A stretch of DNA of 7,503 nt from Erysipelotrichaceae bacterium MTC7 (GTDB lineage: Bacteria > Bacillota_I > Bacilli_A > Erysipelotrichales > Erysipelotrichaceae). The stretch covers positions 1-7,503 of the forward strand of contig LVZN01000029.1 in the NCBI GenBank assembly GCA_001695645.1. The letters run 5' to 3'. The position numbers and the translations under genes are program-made. A model generated the notes under the pieces. That model worked only from the letters and a program-made list of their open reading frames with translations. It did no database searches and was not told the origin of the DNA. Below are positions 4,672 through 7,503 of this stretch, piece by piece. Numbering within the stretch: position 1 is the first letter of the stretch; every line of letters starts with the position of its first letter.

Positions 4672-7197
4672 GTGGCACTAAAAACAATTTTAAATAAACA
4701 GACAGATTTTACGGGAGAGTTTCCGATCGAGTATGCAAAATCTGGACTGTGGCGATTTAATGATGTATCGGTAGATGAAAACGGTTATCTTGTAGATTCT
4801 TCTGGGTTAGACAGAAAAATAGAAATCGTAAATTATCTAGGAACAACTGCAAGTCTCTTAAACGGGCAAAAAGGGAGACATATCCGAATCAACATTAACA
4901 ATCCCGCTACAGAAAAAACCTACCTTAAAGTGGCCAATGATGGTACGTTCTTTTCGGAGATGGGAGAACGAATCCTTGTTGGCGGTTGGATGATACCGAC
5001 TACTTATTCGGTAGGAAATACCTATTGCCCCATATTAAATACGCGCTATGGTCCTGGTCAGCCTATCTTTTACCTGTCGCTCTTTGCAGGCAGACCTAGA
5101 ATCATGCTTTATAACGCTAGTGGTTCTCTTATACTCGACCAAACAACCACACCGCCTTTTTCACTTATCAATGGTGGAGTGTATTTTATTTGCATGGTCA
5201 TAGAGCCAAACAATAAAAATGCATGGATTGTACTGGGAGATAAGACGAGTGGAACGAGCTGGGTATCCCCGACTTACTCCTTTACAGGCACACTAAATCC
5301 TTCTTGTACAGCCGACATCATTATGGGTATGCATGCAGATGCCTATTGGTATGCTGGAAGATTTGATGACTGGTTTTTTGATATGGATTCCAGTCTTACA
5401 ACGGATGATTTGATTGATTATTTCAATGGGTCTCTTTTGACTAACGGTGGTGATATGGGCAGTGCTGTTGATGCCCTTAGCGTACCGGGAGTGGTGAGCT
5501 TAAGGGAAACAGAAGGTGTCTATCCAACGGAAGGAACACTATATACGGCTCCGGCAACGTGCAATCTGTCTGGCACAGGTCGGGTATCTGTTACCAGTGA
5601 ATATATTTCTGGGGTAACTGCAGTTGGGCCAATAGAAACCTCAACAAGCGATGACCTGGTTCATTGGAGTGATTGGGCAGCCATCGCACTTGATGGAAAA
5701 CTGGTATCTCCGAATAAGGCATACATTCGTTTTAGGGTCACACTTACTACCACAGATACGAGTAAGACCCCTCAAATTATTGATATCAGGCTATATGATA
5801 TTCCAAAGTCACCTTATGAGAGGATTGGTTTTTCAAGACCGGTCGTACTGGATTCAAATGGGGCTTGGGAGGCTGTGTTAGAAAATGCTTATAACATTGT
5901 AGTAACCAGTGAAATCAATGGCGAGGATACGCTCTCCTTTATGATCCCTTACCGTGATACCAAGAGGGGATTCATTGATAGCGAAAAGAAAATCCAGATT
6001 GTTGATGACATCTATAAAGTAAGGACTTTGACGGATACAAAAGACAGCGAAGGAAATCTAGCGACTGAAGTGTATGCTGAGGCAGAGTTTTATGACCTGA
6101 CTTTTTCAGTGCGAAAAGAAGAGCATAAATTTGATGCAGAAACTGCTGAAGTCTCTATGGCTTATGCCTTAGAAGGTACGGAGTGGAGTGTAGGCACAGT
6201 CAATGTACGAACCAAAAGAACCTGGACGAGTACAGAAAAGAATGCACTGTCCATCCTTCGCACGATTGCTGACTTACACGGTGGTGATCTCGTCTTTGAT
6301 TGCCCTAATAGGCTAGTCCATCTCTTAACGGTCTATGGCACGGATAGCGGTGCATTGTTTGCCTATAAGAAAAATATGAAGAGCATTAAAAGGGTTGTTG
6401 ATACTAGAAGTCTTGTGACAAGGCTCTATGCCATTGGTAGCGATGGTCTTACTTTTGCAGACATCAATGGAGGAAAGGCATATGTGGAGGACTATACGTA
6501 TTCGTCTGATATTCGAATATCAACGCTTGATTGTTCTTCCTTTACCAATCCCTATCAGATGAAAGAATATACCGAGATGAGGCTTGCTCAGTATTCAAAA
6601 CCAAACATCTCCTATGTTTTAAACGCAATGGATTTATCGGTGTTAACGGGTTATGAGCATGAAGCATGGTCGCTTGGCGATTATGTTCATGTAGAAGATA
6701 AAGATTTAGGACTGTCGGTGACAACTCGTGTTATACGAAGAGAATACAACTTACAAGAACCATGGAATACAGTATTAGAACTATCCACTACCCTTAAAAA
6801 TCTGGGTAGTTCTGCAAGCCAGTGGGATAACGTGGCAGATTCTCTTGAAGGCACAAGTATGGTGACGAACAATGATATCCGTGAAATGGTGCCATTTAAC
6901 TTGCTGCGAAATTCTCGTGCTGATGATGGGATGGCTTACTGGGTTAATTCAGGCTTCGAAGTAGATGGTGATAACGGCGTGAGTGGGTCGACATCGTTTA
7001 AGGCAATGGGTGTAGCAAATATGACAAAGAGTATGGCTCAGACCATCTATCCGGCTAATCGCTCTAGCTACACGCTCTCGGCACAAATCGCATCTGAAAA
7101 CCTTGAAAAGCTGAGTAGCAACTCACAGGTTGGCATTGAAGTGGTTATTGAATATGAAGATGGAACGACAGAAGCAAGGTTTATTGATTTGTATTAA
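4672..7197 (+). CDS. Tail-associated / baseplate hub protein (Tal; 'prophage tail endopeptidase'-type minor structural protein) with a non-canonical N-terminal extension
   Basis: 841-aa ORF in the Tal position after Dit. Residues ~383-712 carry the hub-domain signature (RPVVLDSNGAWEAVLENAYNIVVTSEINGEDTLSFMIPY.., KIQIVDDIYKVRT, SILRTIADLHGGDLVFD, KNMKSIKRVVDTRSLVTRLYAIGSDGLTFADINGGKAYVED, EYNLQEPWNTVLELST). GTG start with a well-spaced SD. Confidence 0.9.
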   Translation: MALKTILNKQTDFTGEFPIEYAKSGLWRFNDVSVDENGYLVDSSGLDRKIEIVNYLGTTASLLNGQKGRHIRININNPATEKTYLKVANDGTFFSEMGERILVGGWMIPTTYSVGNTYCPILNTRYGPGQPIFYLSLFAGRPRIMLYNASGSLILDQTTTPPFSLINGGVYFICMVIEPNNKNAWIVLGDKTSGTSWVSPTYSFTGTLNPSCTADIIMGMHADAYWYAGRFDDWFFDMDSSLTTDDLIDYFNGSLLTNGGDMGSAVDALSVPGVVSLRETEGVYPTEGTLYTAPATCNLSGTGRVSVTSEYISGVTAVGPIETSTSDDLVHWSDWAAIALDGKLVSPNKAYIRFRVTLTTTDTSKTPQIIDIRLYDIPKSPYERIGFSRPVVLDSNGAWEAVLENAYNIVVTSEINGEDTLSFMIPYRDTKRGFIDSEKKIQIVDDIYKVRTLTDTKDSEGNLATEVYAEAEFYDLTFSVRKEEHKFDAETAEVSMAYALEGTEWSVGTVNVRTKRTWTSTEKNALSILRTIADLHGGDLVFDCPNRLVHLLTVYGTDSGALFAYKKNMKSIKRVVDTRSLVTRLYAIGSDGLTFADINGGKAYVEDYTYSSDIRISTLDCSSFTNPYQMKEYTEMRLAQYSKPNISYVLNAMDLSVLTGYEHEAWSLGDYVHVEDKDLGLSVTTRVIRREYNLQEPWNTVLELSTTLKNLGSSASQWDNVADSLEGTSMVTNNDIREMVPFNLLRNSRADDGMAYWVNSGFEVDGDNGVSGSTSFKAMGVANMTKSMAQTIYPANRSSYTLSAQIASENLEKLSSNSQVGIEVVIEYEDGTTEARFIDLY
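4741..5430 (+). other. LamG / concanavalin-A-like lectin module (Tal residues ~24-253)
   Basis: GLWRFND..DSSG opening, the ILVGGWMIP strand, the VYFICMVIEP core, and the ending IIMGMHADAYWYAGRFDDWFFDMDSSLTTDDLIDYF. This ending matches the Laminin_G_3 consensus ending (iG....f.G.iDevri.n.aLs..ei) as I recall it. Confidence 0.65.
5455..5802 (+). other. Second beta-rich module of unknown family (Tal residues ~262-377)
   Basis: Ser/Thr/Val/Gly-rich sequence with no helical character, ending HWSDWAAIALDGKLVSPNKAYIRFRVTLTTTDTSKTPQIIDIRLYDIP. It lies between the LamG-like module and the hub domain. Confidence 0.4.
5818..6807 (+). other. Canonical Tal hub (gp27-like / phage minor structural protein N-terminal region) domain
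   Basis: See the motifs listed for CDS 4672-7197. This domain normally starts at residue ~1 of Tal proteins. Confidence 0.8.
6892..7194 (+). other. N-terminal half of a CBM_4_9 / galactose-binding-like beta-sandwich
   Basis: FNLLRNSRADDGMAYWVNSGFEV..GSTSFKAMG..AQTIYPANRSSYTLSAQIASEN..VGIEVVIEYEDG follows the usual NLL.NS.F..G...W ... YtlSa.v pattern of these modules. It stops before the expected last strands. Confidence 0.5.
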
Positions 7198-7202
7198 GGA
7201 GG
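7198..7202 (+). promoter_or_regulatory. Shine-Dalgarno fused to the Tal stop (TAAGGAGGTGG)
   Basis: TAA 7195-7197 is followed by GGAGG 7198-7202. GTG 7210 is 7 nt downstream, whereas TTG 7207 is only 4 nt downstream. Confidence 0.7.
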
Positions 7203-7209
7203 TGGATTG

Positions 7210-7407
7210 GTGGCCTATTTTTCAAGAACATCAGAAAAGATACTTCCAGAAAGCTACTCTTCTAAAGTAAAATCCATTACCATCCGTGTCTGTGTCACAA
7301 ATTGCACAGGCAATTTTTATATTACGGATCTCTTTTTACAAGCAGGATCAGTGGTCACGGGATGGGTAGGTCATCCCTGTGAAATAAGGTGGACGTTAGA
7401 TGGCTAA
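7210..7407 (+). CDS. Small tail protein (65 aa) that looks like the detached C-terminal strands of the upstream CBM-like domain
   Basis: It is in the same reading frame as 4672-7197, separated only by TAA plus 4 codons. KSITIRVCVTNCTGNFYITDLFLQAGSVVTGWVGHPCE matches the common phage-fibre domain ending (..G.vyfd..qLE.G..AT.W.p.pE.). It has its own strong SD. Confidence 0.55.
   Translation: MAYFSRTSEKILPESYSSKVKSITIRVCVTNCTGNFYITDLFLQAGSVVTGWVGHPCEIRWTLDG
7388..7392 (+). promoter_or_regulatory. Weak SD-like GGTGG for the next ORF
   Basis: AAGGTGGA lies 7 nt upstream of ATG 7400. Confidence 0.35.
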
Positions 7408-7503
7408 GGTTAAATTTATAAGGTTGGCAGAAGTCATAAATAAAAAACAAGATAAGCGTGTCATGAGTGTAAGCATAAAACCTACCCTATATGATTGCAC
7501 TGG
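7400..7503 (+). CDS. 5' end of a further ORF (partial, unknown; presumably the next tail or baseplate gene)
   Basis: The ATG at 7400 overlaps the previous stop (ATGGCTAA). The frame is open to the window edge (MAKVKFIRLAEVINKKQDKRVMSVSIKPTLYDCT..). The alternative ATG at 7463 has no SD. It is too short to identify. Confidence 0.4.
   Translation, partial: MAKVKFIRLAEVINKKQDKRVMSVSIKPTLYDCT

Noticed and set aside
5780-5840. An internal translation start that would produce a canonical Tal lacking the lectin extension.
   Set aside because: There is no in-frame ATG/GTG/TTG with an SD near the domain boundary. The GAGAGG at about 5818-5823 is directly followed by ATT, with no spacing.
225-6872. 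Nine antisense ORFs of 60-130 aa on the - strand: 225-425, 508-873, 1235-1477, 1646-1873, 1944-2171, 3425-3631, 3933-4325, 6542-6724 and 6687-6872.
   Set aside because: Each lies entirely (508-873 and 1235-1477 almost entirely) opposite a well-supported + strand structural gene, with no recognisable SD. Their translations are low-complexity (Ser/Pro/Leu/Ile-rich), typical of the mirror frame of coding DNA. None resembles a family I recognise.
1272-7197. A cell-wall-degrading domain (lysozyme, M23 or NlpC/P60 peptidase, transglycosylase) in the tape measure or Tal.
   Set aside because: I could not find recognisable catalytic motifs such as HxxxD/HxH for M23 or a Cys-His NlpC/P60 core. The 'endopeptidase' label of the Tal family is only a historical name, so no lytic activity is claimed.
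6892-7407. A diversity-generating retroelement variable region at the 3' end of the tail genes.
   Set aside because: The window has no template-repeat copy, no reverse transcriptase and no adenine-specific mismatch pattern between repeats. The fold looks CBM-like rather than C-type-lectin-like.
7408-7462. A possible rho-independent terminator or attachment-site-like sequence after the small ORF.
   Set aside because: I found no GC-rich stem followed by a T-tract. The region is A-rich and is covered by the open frame starting at 7400.

Overview
The window holds one tightly packed, + strand tail-morphogenesis operon of a siphovirus-type (long non-contractile tail) phage or prophage. The GGAGG Shine-Dalgarno usage and the protein families point to a Gram-positive (Bacillota-like) host. 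Gene order is canonical: 3' end of an upstream gene, major tail (tube) protein, tail assembly chaperone with a -1 frameshift extension (G/GT pair), tape measure protein, distal tail protein (Dit), a large Tal/baseplate-hub protein, a small in-frame downstream ORF, and the 5' end of a further gene. I corrected three ORF-track starts using SD spacing (1272, 3891, 7210). I found no tRNA, CRISPR array, transposase, defence or toxin gene, obvious promoter or terminator, and all antisense ORFs look spurious. I do not see a stand-alone new system here. The parts that depart from the textbook module are: (1) the Tal protein has a ~380-aa N-terminal extension, a LamG/ConA-like lectin module plus a second beta-rich module, ahead of the normally N-terminal hub fold. 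(2) A C-terminal CBM-like beta-sandwich appears to be cut in two by an in-frame TAA that is itself part of a perfect TAAGGAGGTGG stop-SD junction. (3) There is a clean A_AAA_AAC slippery site with a correctly spaced hairpin. (4) The tape measure contains a 44-residue (4 x 11) Pro-punctuated repeat array. All domain calls come from reading motifs by eye, with no database search.
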